Below, piece after piece: positions 1 through 13,363 of a DNA stretch of 64,000 nucleotides. The translations under genes and the position numbers were made by a program. Each line of letters begins with the position of its first letter. Within the stretch, counting starts at the first letter, position 1. Below the pieces are notes generated by a model. The model had not been told where the DNA came from. It did not search any database and saw nothing but the letters and a program-made list of their open reading frames with translations. The stretch is from Octopus sinensis (lineage: Eukaryota): NCBI RefSeq assembly GCF_006345805.1, contig NC_042998.1, positions 25,296,001-25,360,000 on the forward strand. The letters run 5' to 3'.

Positions 1-904
1 TTGCCATCATAGGCATGGAAAAGAGATATTGTTTTCTACTCTAGGCACAAGGCTCAAAATTTTGGAAGAGGGGCCAGTTGATTATATCAACCACATTATA
101 CAACTGGTACTTAATAGTTATCAACTCCAAAAGGATGAAAGGCAAAGTCAACCTCAGTGTAATTTGAACTCAGAACTTAAAGACAGATGAAATACTTATT
201 TCTTTATTGCCCACAAGGAGCTAAACATAGAGGGGACAAACAAGACAAGACAGAGGGATTAAGTTGATTACATCAACCCCAGTGTGTAACTGGTACTTAA
301 TTTATCAACCCTGAAAGGATGAAAGGCAAAGTCGAACTTGGCGGAATTTGAACTCAGAATGTAACGGCAGATGAAATACTGCTAAGCATTTCACTTGGGA
401 TGCTAACATTTCTGCCAGGTCGCCATATTATGGAAAAAAAAAAGAGATATTAAAACAACTATGATGATGACATATTCTATGTCTAGAAAATGAGATACAT
501 TATTCATAAAAGGAATACCTTTAATCACACACAGGTATACTCAGTCAGACTAAAATCTTAAGATAATTAGATAAAAAGATTATTGTAAAATTTAAATAAT
601 CATGTAAATTATAGTAATATGACTGGCCATGAAACTAGTGATAGAGAAACCTCATAATTTACTGCAAATAATTGTTTACCCCGGGCTGGTGCTGACTGGA
701 TCCACCTATGATCAAAGGTGTTTCAAATATGACTGTTCTATCCCTCTCTCATATGGGTATCTACTCTAGGAAGATAGTTGGAGTCTGTAAAATGTATTTT
801 ATTCAAAACTATTCAATTTGTTTTTTATTCAGTGAGCCTCAAACGATTCAGTGTACAAACTTCCCAATCAGAACGATGCTTTTTCACCCAGCAGTTTTCA
901 CCTA

Positions 905-946
<42 letters not shown>

Positions 947-2378
947 GTTTAACGTCCGTTTTCCATGTTAGCATGGGTTGGACAGTTCAACTGGGGTCTG
1001 GGGAGCCAGTAGGCTGTGCCAGGACCAGGCTGATCTGGCAGTGTTTCTACAGCTGGACGCCCTTCCTAACACCAATCACTCCGTGAGTGTAGTGGGTGCT
1101 TTTTACGTGCCACCTGCACAGGTGCCAGACGAGGCTGGCAAACGGCCATGATTGGATGGAGCTTTTTACATGCCACCAGCAAGGGGGCCAGACGAGGCTG
1201 GCAACGGCCACAATCGGATGGTGCTTTTTACATGCCACCGGCACAGAGGCCAGTTGGGGCAAAGCTAGCAACGGCCACGTTCAGAGGGTTCTCTTATGTG
1301 CCACCGGCACTGGTATCACGGCTACAATTTCCATTGTTGTTGATAGATTTCGATTTTGATTTTTGATTTTTACTTGCCTCAACAGGTCTTCACAAGTAGG
1401 GTTTGTGTCACAAGAAGGAAAGGTATGCATAAGTGGGCTGGCTACGTCCCAGGTAGAGGCCACATCTTTATCATAAGCATATAGCCTGAATAGAGAGTGG
1501 ACATAACAAGGACAGACAACACAAAACATGGGGTACATATAACGAAAAATAATTATGAAATGGAATATTTACAATGAATGGAATGGAATGGGTTACGAGC
1601 CCCCACCCCCCAAAGCTCGCAGCTTCGTTTTACTGTTCATATATACAATTATAATTATCCGGGGCATTCATCTGTTATGTGCTCCATCAGTTGTTCCAGC
1701 TCCACTATGCTGGGCAAACTGTCATAACGCACATAGAGTCCGGTGCCCACAATAGTGCTCGGGAATACATCTATAATATTCCTATTACATGTTCATTCTA
1801 GCACAGCAGCCTCTTCTGCTCATTTTATCATTGCAACCCAATTAGGGGACTCAAATAAGGTCCTCTTTGGCCCGATAGACACTGGTTAAATATCCTTCAC
1901 ACTATTTTCTTGAAAAAGAAATGGACACATTATTACTGTTAATTTACATTTCACAAACATATGTGCAAGCATGTTCGTATTTGTACTTTTCACCTTCTTT
2001 CTCTCCCTCCGCTCTCCCTTTCTCTCCCTCCCCTCTCCCTTTCTCTCCCTTCCTCCCCTCTCCCTTTCTCTCCCACCCTCTCTCTTTGTCTCTCTCTCTT
2101 CTCTCTCATGTTAAAAATATATATATGGGGCCAGAGGAGGCTGGTAAATGGCCACGACCAACTGATCGTGGCTGTTTGCCAGCCTCCTCTGTCCCCCGTG
2201 CCGGTGGCACATAAAAGTACCCACTACATTCACGGAATGGTTGGCATTAGGAAGGGCATCCAACGGTAGAAACACTGCCAGATCAGACTGGAGCCTGGTG
2301 CAGCTTCCTGGCCTGCCAGACCCCGGTGGAACCGTCCAACCCATGCTAGCATGGAAAACGGACGTTAAACAATGATGG

Positions 2379-2410
<32 letters not shown>

Positions 2411-3440
2411 GTATTACAAGATGTATATGTGTACTACAAATTGTCTTCAATATCATGTACAAGACCTATGCATTTTAAACAGGAAAAAATCATAAAGCTT
2501 AGAGATGCACGATGATCTGGTCTACATTTTAAGGAGAGACATTTTAATGTTAATCCAGCTTAGCAATTACTCTTTTATGGCTGTCATCATTTAAATGAAT
2601 CAACACTAAAATGAAGCTGGTAGCTTATCTGGTTAGAGTGATTGATGTTTTAAAAGGTGTTTGGTCGTAAAACTGAGACTGAAACGGAACATATTCCAAA
2701 TCAGTGAATACTATTAAATCAACGGCATATATATGAAATAGGTGTAAGATATTCCTTGGTTTGATAAATGTATCTGATAATGATGTTGTATAGAGGGAGA
2801 GGAGAGGAAAGAGGGAGGGAGAGGAGAGGAGGGAGGGAGAGGAGAGGAAGGAGAGGAGAGGAAGGCGGGAGAGGAGACGAAGGAGGAAGAAGATGGAGAA
2901 AATGTGAAACGTTTAGTCAGATATGCTCATTGTTCATAATATATGTCAAATAAATATTTACTGTGATTCTAATATAATAATAATATCTACAAATCAAACA
3001 AAAAGAAGACCCACATCATCCCTACTTCATCAACGCTTGATTTTTCTACCAGTTTCCAAATCTTAAATACATTGATTACATTTTGTAGGTGGTCAATCAT
3101 GCCATTGGTCAATGAATCTTCTTCGAGTATGTTTAATTTACTACAGAGAAACCTTGATAAAAGTTTCAATATTTCCTGGTGATATATCAATTATTCAAAC
3201 TAAAATAGAAACTCAATTGTGAACTGTGTCTATTGGATTCTGTCTTCGTATTTTCTTTTCTTTCCATCATACGAGTCTGGCTTGATGCAGCTATTGACCT
3301 GAAACCGAAATGAATAACTATTGCGTATGATATTCAAGTAGATAGTTATCTCTGAGAATTTATAGCTTTTTCTAAATCTATGCTCTGTTTACACACATAT
3401 ACACAAACGTTAATATCTACATGAATGTGTATGTGAGAGT

Positions 3441-3489
<49 letters not shown>

Positions 3490-4759
3490 CATGCATATAT
3501 ATATATATAGAGAGAGAGAGACAGAGATAAGTAGATAGATATACATATATATGCATATACATATTTACATATGTATATAATATATATATACATGTATACA
3601 TATATATATACATATATATGCATATATATATACATATATACATATATATATACATGTATACATATACATATGTATATACATATATATGTATACATATACA
3701 ATGTATGCATGCAAATACATATATCATCATCATCATCATCATCATTTAACATCCACTATACACACACACACACACACATATATATACATGCACATATGTA
3801 TATATATATATATACATCAAAACATCAAACTGAAATAGTTTGTTGCTTTGTTCGAAATTGACTAAATTGGATGTTACAAAAGCAATCAACTTTCTTGAGC
3901 ATAGTTCTAATTTTCAATATTCAAACAATCTAATTGCTTTCTATAGAGAATTTAAAAAAAAAAAAATTGATGACAAACACTAAAAATCTATTTTATTACA
4001 ATTTCCTGTTCATCAAGAAAAATGTTCATTTAATAATTGATACTTTTTCTTTCATATTTGCCAATTTGTAATTTAAAACAGCCATTAAATCCTTGTTTTC
4101 ATTTTTTGAAATTTATTATTATTAATTTATTATTTTTTTTTTTTTGTTTCTTGGTTGAAATTTGCCATTTTTCTTCCATCAGTTAAAAAGATAATAATGA
4201 TAGTGATTAAAAATAAGTCAATTGAAACATGTTTGCTCTTTGTCTTTTTTTATACTTTCTGCCATTTTTTTGAAACTATGGTGAAAAGAATAAAACTGAA
4301 AAATATTAGAAAAAAATTTTTTTTCTTGATTTCAACTTAGTAAGAGAGACTATTTTTATACACCAGGCTGTGGAGTATAATAACACGATCTTAAGAAAGA
4401 AGAGAAATTAAATGTTATCTTTATGTTCATTAGCGTGTGGCATTTTGTAATTTAAGTGGCAGGGCTTAAGAAATGCGTTTGTGTTGCATCAGTGAGCAAA
4501 TAATATCAATCTTCAAATTCATCATAGGAAGATGGAAATTCTCTAAGAATATGAGAAAATATTTGAATTTTGAAAGAGCAGTAAAAATAAAAAAGAAATC
4601 ACGAAGATGGTGCAATTCTAGATAACATTGAGTTTGGGTCACTAAAGGCAAACCAACATGATTCCAATTAAGTTTGTTGATTTATTTATTTATTATGAAT
4701 CATATTTTATAGTCAATAGTTTCATTAGTGGCAGGTTTTCAATGGGTCAGTCACTAACT

Positions 4760-5480
4760 CACTGTATTTGTCATGGAAAGTATAATGAACGAAAGTATAA
4801 TAAGTGAGTTTCTGTGTGACTAAGACAGAACGAATTTCACAAAGATTTCCATTTGAATGCACCAGGTTATCGGTTGTCTCACTAATATACATCAACGAAG
4901 AATATAAACAGACATTTATATGAAAACGAGCAAAACGCCCCCGTCCAATGGACGGTGCTGAGTTGTCAAACATTTAAACCAAATTTTCTCAAAACAACTT
5001 GTCCGACCGTCCCATAGGCCTCCCCTTCGAGAAACACTGATTTAACCTAAATTTGAAACACCAGCAAAAGAAGAAATAAAGATAGACTTTTTTTCTATTC
5101 CAAAGAAAAACGATTTTATTCACACAAATATGCAACCAAAGAGTTTAAAGTACCAGTAATGATAAGGCTGTTGACTTGGAGAACACAAACATGGTTTAAA
5201 CAGTAAGCTTGGCAGGAATGAAACGCACCTTTAAGCAGTACAAAAACAACAAAAAATGGAAGGTGCTGTTATGTACAGGTTGACGGAAGAAAACCAGGAC
5301 AAAAACGGATTTATCGATCGCATTCTCACCTGGAATCAATTTTTGTAATTTTTTCAAGAATTATACACGCCCTGATACCATCGGTATCTACATATCAAAT
5401 TTGAGTGCAATTGGATGGAGGATGCTCAAGATCTGAGAAGACACACACACAGACAGACAGAACGGATTTTATATAAGAGA
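4760..5480 (-). mobile_element. Probable non-autonomous Helitron-like element (5' end clear, other end uncertain)
   Basis: The - strand starts A|TCTCTTATATAAAA, followed by (TCTG)/(TG) microsatellite and ...caattgcactcaaatttgatatg, typical of invertebrate non-autonomous Helitron 5' ends. No CTAG 3' end was found. Confidence 0.45.
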
Positions 5481-7577
5481 TAGTCTGCACAATTTCTGTC
5501 AACCAGGTTTAACTTATTGGTCAAGCTGAACCTGTGGTAAACATTTGCCAAATATGCCATACAGTAAAATTGAATCCAGTTTCACATTGTTGCAAATCAG
5601 AATCCTAAGCCACACAGCTATTCCTGCATCTGTGGTTTGAATTTGATTTTCACATATATGGGATTAATAAAATATATGGGGATTAATTCAACTGAAAATA
5701 TCTTTCTTATACAAAAGATTTGGTTCTGATGCAATTGGAAGAAATCCATATATTTTAGTTTATAACCTTAGCCAACTCATTCTACCTTATGAGCGCAATC
5801 TCAATGAAGAAATATATATTTATTATTTTCCTATATTTATTTCATAAAGCTCTCTATAGTTAAGGAAAGTGAATAACTTTGAAGTTGTAAGCATGTTATG
5901 ATGCAGTACTGTACAAGATCTAGTTTTATCCAAAGTTAAATATCAAAAGCTTTGAGTTTAGCAGAGAATTATCCACTTGAGAGAAAAAGTAAATTTTCAT
6001 TTTCTTTTCTTTAGGAATAAAGTGAGGAAAAATAACAAAAGTCATAGATTGTGTGGGAGATGATGCATTGATGGAATTTCGGTTGTAAATATTTACAGTC
6101 GTTAGTCTGAAGTAGCAGAAAAATATAAGCAAGAAGTGAAACTCAAAAGAATGTAAGTTTAGCAATAAAAAAATTATGAAAATTATTTGATGTTATGCTC
6201 AGGGAGGAAAGTTATAAGAAACAGAAAGGCCAGAATAGAAAGAATGAAACGATTTTCCTTCGACTGGAAGGCAATATAATGTCATTGAAACGATCATTAC
6301 AAATAGACATTTAAGGATGGTGAATGGTGAATGGTGGAATGAATAATGTACCAGATAAAATGCCTGGCAGTGTTTGGTTGTCAATTTATTTTCTGAGTTC
6401 TGTTCTCACTGGAGTTGAATTTGCTTTTATGCCACCTGGTAGCAATAAAACAAGCACCAATCAAACACTATGACTGATGCAATCAGCTATACACCTTGTA
6501 GTAATGTTAGGAACTAGTATGAATAGATATAAAATATTCAAAACGCTTGAATTGTTTATGATTTCAAGTGTGAGTAGTTTTCTATAATATTTGTGGGGGA
6601 TTCTAGCCAGGCAGTTGAGCAATTGAAAACTGAAGTGTTTAGGTCTCAAAGCTAAATATTGAATTTGCCTATTAGTAATATAATTGATATATGCAGCATC
6701 AGTTTTATTAAATTAGGTGTCGCTTAACCAAAGAAAATTAAATAACAACAACAACATCACCAGGAGGATTAGAAAAGAATTTAGAAGCAAGTGAAGGAAG
6801 ATGATAAGTGTAATAAGAAAACAGGGAAAATACTTTAGTGTATTATAAAAAGTAGTGATAAAGTACAAAATGGAAACTAACTACACTGAGGTAAAAGACT
6901 TGGGGTAAGGACGGAACAACAGAAAAGATTAAGAAAAGAAAAATGAAAATCAAGATAGAATTTCAAAGTACTCTAAAGGGAAAGAAGAAGTGGAAACTAT
7001 TCCTTGGCCAATTACCTGCAAGATTTGAGAAAGAGAGAGAGGAAGCAGGCCAAAGAGAAAGCCAAAAATGGCTCAAAAACTACTTTTTTACTTGTTTCAG
7101 TCATTTTGACTGTGGCCATGCTGGAGCACAGCCTTTAGTCGAGCAAATCAACTCCATGTATCTGTACTTGAAATTTCATGAGTATAATGTTCTGTTTTTC
7201 TCTCTAACACTTAGTTCTATGAAATTTAGAATGCTCAAAAACTTTTTGTAAGCCTATTACTTATTCTATTTAATGTAGGCATAAGAGTGGCTGTGTGGTA
7301 GGTAGCTTGTTTACCAACCACATGGTTCCATGTTCAGTCCCCCTGCGTGGCACCTTGGGCAAGTGTTTTCTACTGTGTATAGAGAAAAGCCGTTTCTTTT
7401 TCTCATGTTGCTTTACTACATGCAGTATTCCACTATTTGTTTCTAAGTACTTTTCTAATCCAACTGTTGTTAGTTTATAGTAGTTCTCTATCTATCTGTC
7501 TACCTATCTATCTATCTATTATTATTGTTGTTGTTATTATTACTATTATTGTTATTATTATTATTATTATTATTATT

Positions 7578-9408
7578 CTATGTTTGACTTTTGCTTTATA
7601 TTTGTACAAGTTGGCTCCAAGTCTCACCCAGAGACCTCAAGAGACAACAGGGTTGGAAGTTCATGTTGTTGTTATGCCTAGTGTGCCATATATTTGGGGG
7701 GTGGGGATGTTGTACTAATGAATGTCTAAAAAAAAAGGTTTTTTTTTTTTGTTTTTTTTTAAACCGAAAATTATGTTTGTTTTAAACCTTGAGATTACAT
7801 AGAGAGTATTTTGCGTAGGATATGAGCAGTTCCCATGAGCACTATCTTTTGAACTTCTGCCATTTTTGGGTTTCCTGGTATCTGAGTTAGGTAGCTATCA
7901 GCCCCTTTTGCTATCATTCCCAGGGCACCTATGACAACAGGTATTGTTTTAGTCTTCAGCTTCCACATTTTGCTGATTTCTATTTCAAGATCTTTATATT
8001 TGCTCAGTTTTTGGTAGGTCTTGACAGATACGTTTATATCGATTGGGACAGTCATATCAATGAGGAGGCATGTTCTTTGTTTGAAGTCTTTCAATATGAT
8101 GTCTGGCCTATTTGCATCTATCTTCCTGTCAGTTTGAATGGTGAAGTTCCAGAGGAGTGAGATGTGGTCATTTTCAAGCACTGGGGGTGGTTTGTGTTCC
8201 CACCAGTTTTTTTCATGGGGCAAATCCAGGTTTTTACAGATTACCCAGTGAATATATTGTGCAGCTCTATCGTGCCTGTTGAGATACTCTGTAGGCGCTA
8301 GAAGACTGCACTTGGAGACCACATGGTCAATGGTTTCATTTTGTTGCTTGCATACACGACACGTTGGACTGCTTCTGATCTTTAATATGTTGGCCTGGTA
8401 GTTTCTTGTTGGTAGGCATTGATCTTGAGCTGCTATGATAAACCCCTCTGTTTCAGATTTTAAGCCAGAGGCCATTAGCCATTGATGGGTCAGGGCTTTG
8501 TCGATATCTGCATTATTCGCTCTCTTTGGGTATTTGCCATAGAGAGGTTTTTCTTGCCATTTATTATTCAGAATATCTAAGGCTGCAGTTTTGGCACGGG
8601 TTTTCATGCGCCTAGCTTTTTCTGTGCTTGTTTCTTGTATATCTATCTCTAATTCCGAAATTGGTTGTATTCGGAATTCACTTAGATATTCCCTTGCCTG
8701 TTTTGTGACTGAGTATGATGCTTTCTTGTTTTCATGTTTTGAGACAAGTTTTAACATCCAGTCCTCAGAGTTTTTCAGGTAGGTGTCTAGGCCAATTGTA
8801 GCAATCTTCATTGTTATTGCCAGTTGCAAAAGACCACGGCCTCCCTCTTTTCTTGGCAGATAGAGTCGTTCTGTATCTGCCTTAGGGTGGTGCATTCTAT
8901 GCATTGTCAACAGTTTCCTTATTTTTCTGTCGAGCTGACATATTTCAGTAATTGACCAGTTAACAATATTGAAACTGTAAGTCACGACTGGTATAGCTAA
9001 TGCATTGATTGCTTCGATCCTGTTTCTTGCATTCAGCTCTGTCTTGAGTATTGCTCTCACTCTTCGATAGCATTCTCTCCTGATCCTTTCCTTCATCTCT
9101 GAATGCCTTATTCCGTTCCCTTCAATTACCCCTAGGTACTTGTAGCTCTCCGCTGGGTCTAGTTCTTTTATGACATTCTGTTGGTCAAGGTTAACGTTAG
9201 ATGTTTCTGTCATTTTTCCTTTGATAAAGGTAGCCTTTGCACATTTATCGAGGCCGAATTGCATTCTGATGTCGTCACTGAATGTTTGACTATCGCTAGT
9301 AAGCCCTTGAGTTGTTGATCATTTTTTGCAAAAAGCTTTAAATCATCCATGTAAACGAGATGATTTATATTTTTATCAAACATTTTATACCCGTACTGCG
9401 CGTCATTG
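7578..9408 (-). mobile_element. 5'-truncated R4/Dong-clade non-LTR retrotransposon inserted in a (TAA)n tract
   Basis: Upstream frame reads HLVYMDDLKLFAK (RT YxDD motif, ~9340-9355). A 1-nt frameshift near 9285 leads into the 489-aa ORF. A ~215 bp 3'UTR ends directly in (TAA)n, and the 5' break abuts (ATC)/(TAA)n repeats. Confidence 0.93.
7795..9264 (-). CDS. R4/Dong retrotransposon protein, C-terminal part (RT thumb, CCHC zinc knuckle, restriction-like endonuclease)
   Basis: FGLDKCA, YKYLG, RLYLPRKEGGRGL, AAQDQ, CRVCx8Hx4C, RHD, RPDII..LIDMTVP and KLSKYKDL motifs typical of RLE-encoding non-LTR elements. Confidence 0.92.
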   Translation of the reverse strand: MQFGLDKCAKATFIKGKMTETSNVNLDQQNVIKELDPAESYKYLGVIEGNGIRHSEMKERIRRECYRRVRAILKTELNARNRIEAINALAIPVVTYSFNIVNWSITEICQLDRKIRKLLTMHRMHHPKADTERLYLPRKEGGRGLLQLAITMKIATIGLDTYLKNSEDWMLKLVSKHENKKASYSVTKQAREYLSEFRIQPISELEIDIQETSTEKARRMKTRAKTAALDILNNKWQEKPLYGKYPKRANNADIDKALTHQWLMASGLKSETEGFIIAAQDQCLPTRNYQANILKIRSSPTCRVCKQQNETIDHVVSKCSLLAPTEYLNRHDRAAQYIHWVICKNLDLPHEKNWWEHKPPPVLENDHISLLWNFTIQTDRKIDANRPDIILKDFKQRTCLLIDMTVPIDINVSVKTYQKLSKYKDLEIEISKMWKLKTKTIPVVIGALGMIAKGADSYLTQIPGNPKMAEVQKIVLMGTAHILRKILSM

Positions 9409-9423
9409 ATGATGATGATGATG

Positions 9424-9467
<44 letters not shown>

Positions 9468-9492
9468 TATTATTATTATTATTATTATTATT

Positions 9493-10045
9493 GAGTGAGA
9501 GAGCAGTTCATGCCATCAAAGTGACACTGGGGTAAAATATACGAAGCCCAATATACCCATCATGACTACCCGTCTGATAAAGGTACACCAGGCACATGCA
9601 TCACAACCATATGTGCGCGACATGGTGATCTCATATCAAGATAAACAGCACATGACCTTGCAAGTGGGGCCCAGTTAGAATTTTCTTCAGGTTGAGTATC
9701 CCATCCCGCTCAAACGGTCCCTGAATAAGGGTTGTTTAAGGATGTTGAAAGAACCACCCATGTTTCCAGAGGTGAACTATTCAAACCCCAAAGAATCCCT
9801 CTCAACACATTGCTATGATGCTCCCCCACTACTTCTGCTCGTGATCAGAGATGCACATATCGTCAGCCACTAAGGGACATGCTCAACTGGTTAAGGTCAA
9901 ACAACTGACAAGCAAATCTGTGGTATTGAGCAGAATATTTGCTGTAGCCCATCTTTTATACCAAGACAAAACAATGTACATGATAACACTTCCAATCAGT
10001 TAAGATCAGAAGCCATGAGAGCCACTGCCTGGTACTGCATCAGGG

Positions 10046-10048
<3 letters not shown>
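9493..10048 (-). mobile_element. Family D: ~550 bp non-coding element embedded in (AAT)n, full length
   Basis: Flanked by (ATT)n on both sides. It is homologous to 54693-55217, 10107-10416 and 52135-52947. Confidence 0.85.
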
Positions 10049-10103
<55 letters not shown>

Positions 10104-10106
10104 GTT

Positions 10107-10416
10107 GAGTGAGAGAGCAGTGTATGCCATCAAAGTGACACTGGAGTAAAATACGCAAAGCCCTGTATACCCATCATGACTACCTGTCTGATAAGGGTAC
10201 ACATGCACGACATGATGATCTCATACCTAGATAAACAGTACATGACCTTGCAGGTGGGGCCCTGTTGGAATTTTCTTCAGGTCCAGTAGCCCATCCTACT
10301 CAAAAGGTCCCTGAATAAGGGTTGTTTAACAGTGTTGAACGAAATACCAATGTTTCCAGACGTGAATTATTCAAACCCCAAAGAATTCCTCTCAACACAT
10401 GGCTATGATACTCCCC
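10107..10416 (-). mobile_element. Family D, 5'-truncated copy
   Basis: Same 3' end (ctctctcactc + AAT repeats), truncated at its 5' side. Confidence 0.85.
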
Positions 10417-10468
10417 AATTATAATTATAATTATAATAATAAGACAAAGTATTATTATCATTATTATT

Positions 10469-10561
<93 letters not shown>

Positions 10562-10591
10562 TTTATTATTTTTATTATTATTATTATTTTT

Positions 10592-10629
<38 letters not shown>

Positions 10630-13307
10630 TATTATTATTATTATATTATTTCTGGTTTCAAATTTCGGTACAAGACCAACAATTTGTGGGGAGGGGTTAA
10701 GTCTACCCTTGTGCTCCATCGGTACTTATTTTATTGACTTTAAAAGGATGAAAGCATAGTCGACCCTGGCAATATTTGATCTCAAAGCTCAAAATTGAAG
10801 GAAATGTCACGAAGCATCTTGTTCAGCTTGGAAACCATTTCTATTTCTTTACTGCCTGCAAGGGGCTAGACACTGAGGGGACAAACAAGGAGAGACAAAG
10901 GGATTAAGTTGATTACATCGCCTCCAGTACATAACTGGTACTTAATTTATCGACCCTGAAAGGATGAAAGGCAAAGTCGGCCTCGGCGGAATTTGAACTC
11001 AGAACATAACAGCAGATGAAATACCATTAAGCATTTCACCTGGCGTGCTAACCATTCTGCCAGCATTCCACCTCATCAGGACCAGTAGTATTGACTCATG
11101 TTCCCCTGGAGCAGATGCAGGTTGATAACTGCATGGAAATTCTGAGCAGTGAAAGAATTTCAATGACCCAAGGGAGAAAGGCATGGTTGAAATAGTAAGT
11201 GTGGGTCATGAACATGGTGGTTGGGTAGACACAATATGGATAATGATAAAAGGCAGCGAGCTGGCAGAAACGTTAGCACACCGGGCGAAACGCTTTGCGG
11301 TATTTCATCGGCCACTACGTTGTGAGTTCAAATTTCGCCGAGGTCGACTTTGCTTTTCATCCTTACGGGGTCAATCTAATCGACTTAATCCCTTTGTCTG
11401 TCCTTGGTTGTCCCCTCTATATTTAGCCCCTTGTGGGCAATAAAGAAATAACAATATGGATAATGAGAGAGGGTAGACAAGTGGGTTGGAAATGCTTATA
11501 CTCTTTTACTCTTTCACTTGTTTCCATCATTTGACTGCGGCCATGCTGGAGCATCGCCTTTAGTTGAGAAAATCGACCCCACAACTTATTCTTTGTAAGC
11601 CTAGTACTTATTCTATCAGTCTCTTTGCAGAACTGCTAAGTTACGGGGACATAAACACACCAGCATCGGTTGTCAAGTGATGTTGGCGGTGGGGGACAAA
11701 CACAGACACACAAACACACACACATATATATACATATCTACAACGGGCTTCTTTCAGTTTTCATCTACCAAATTCACTCACAAGTCTTTGGTCGGCCCGA
11801 AGCTATTGTAGAAAACACTTGCCCAAGGTGCTATGCAGTGGGACTGAACCTGGAACCATGTGGTTGGTAAGCAAGCTACTTACCACACAGCCACTCCTGC
11901 GCTTATGTGGAGGTGGCATGAGATTATCAGCTGCAAGGAGCAGGAGACCATTGTAGTAGGGGTTGAAAAGTCAGAGTAAGGAAACAAGATGTCTGTGAAC
12001 TAGAGGTGAGGGTGTGTTGGTACCAATATACCAAGTGACCTTTCTTGGCTGACTCTCAGCAGGAAAACCCAATTGAATCTATCTATAAGTTACAAAAAGT
12101 TAAGCAAATTTAAGGAGCAACTTGACTAATTAGGTTTGCAGCCCCAACATTCCAGCCTGCACTCAATAGCAGAGAAGATGACACCATGAAATGCTTAACA
12201 TAAAATACATAGATTCCTTCCCATGTTCTTTTCTTTTTGTTTATGCTCCAATAAGAAAAGAATTCTTCTTTTTAATCCACTTCTATCTTCCATCATTTTG
12301 TAGCTCCTAGCACAGGTAGTTTCTTTGTTTCATCTTGAAAGGAGATTCATTTTTACAAGGCCTTTTATTCATAGTTTGATTTCATAAAATCTAAAAAAAA
12401 ATAATATGACAAGTTTGTCCATAATCAAGAAACTAGAATCCTTTTATCTTTTGTATAGAACAGCAGTAGATTTGTTTGCTTTTTTTTTTCTGGTGGGTGA
12501 GATTCTGTGGAGTTCTAGGTAATGGAAAATGTTCTTTAGAAAGTAGGGCCATCATACAGTGTATTTGGGTGTTTGAAAACATTTCTTTCACTTTATCTGT
12601 ACTTGAAATTTCATGAGTATAATGTTCTGTTTTTCTCTCTAACACTTAGTTCTATGAAATTTAGAATGCTTAAAAACTTCTTTCATTACAAACAAACCTA
12701 TGATATAATATAAATAATTTTTCACCTCAGTTTCCTTTCTTATTAGTGAATCGTGTTTTTAATAAACATAGGTGCAGGCAAGGCCATGCGTAGGTGTAGA
12801 CATGACTGTGTGTAGGCACAGGCGTTGCTGTGTGGTAAGAAGTTTGCTTCCCAACCTCATGGTTCTGGGTTCAATCCCACCATGTGACACCTTGGGCAAG
12901 TGTCTTCTACTATAATGACCTTGGGCCAACCAAAGACTTGTGAGTGGATTTGGTAGATGGAAACTGGAAAAAGCCTGTCAATACCTCACCACTGCTTGAC
13001 AAGCGGTGTTGGTGTGTTTACATCTTGTAACTTAGTTGTTCAGCAATAGAGACTGATAGAATAAGAACCAGGTTTTAAAAGAAATAATTGCTGGGTTAAA
13101 TTCACTTGACTAAAATTGTTTACTGCAGTGCCCTAGCATAGCCACAGTCTAATGACTGGGTGTGTGGTAAGTAGCTTGCTTACCAACTACATGGTTCCAG
13201 GTTCAGTCCCACTATGTGGCACCTTGTGCAAGTGTCTTCTACTATAGCCTTGGGCAGACCAAAGCCTTGTGAATGGATTTGGTAGATGGAAACTAAAAGA
13301 AGCCTGT

Positions 13308-13363
<56 letters not shown>

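Noticed and set aside
8591-8782. Antisense ORFs within the Dong elements (also 55954-56415)
   Set aside because: Shadow frames of the retrotransposon coding strand.
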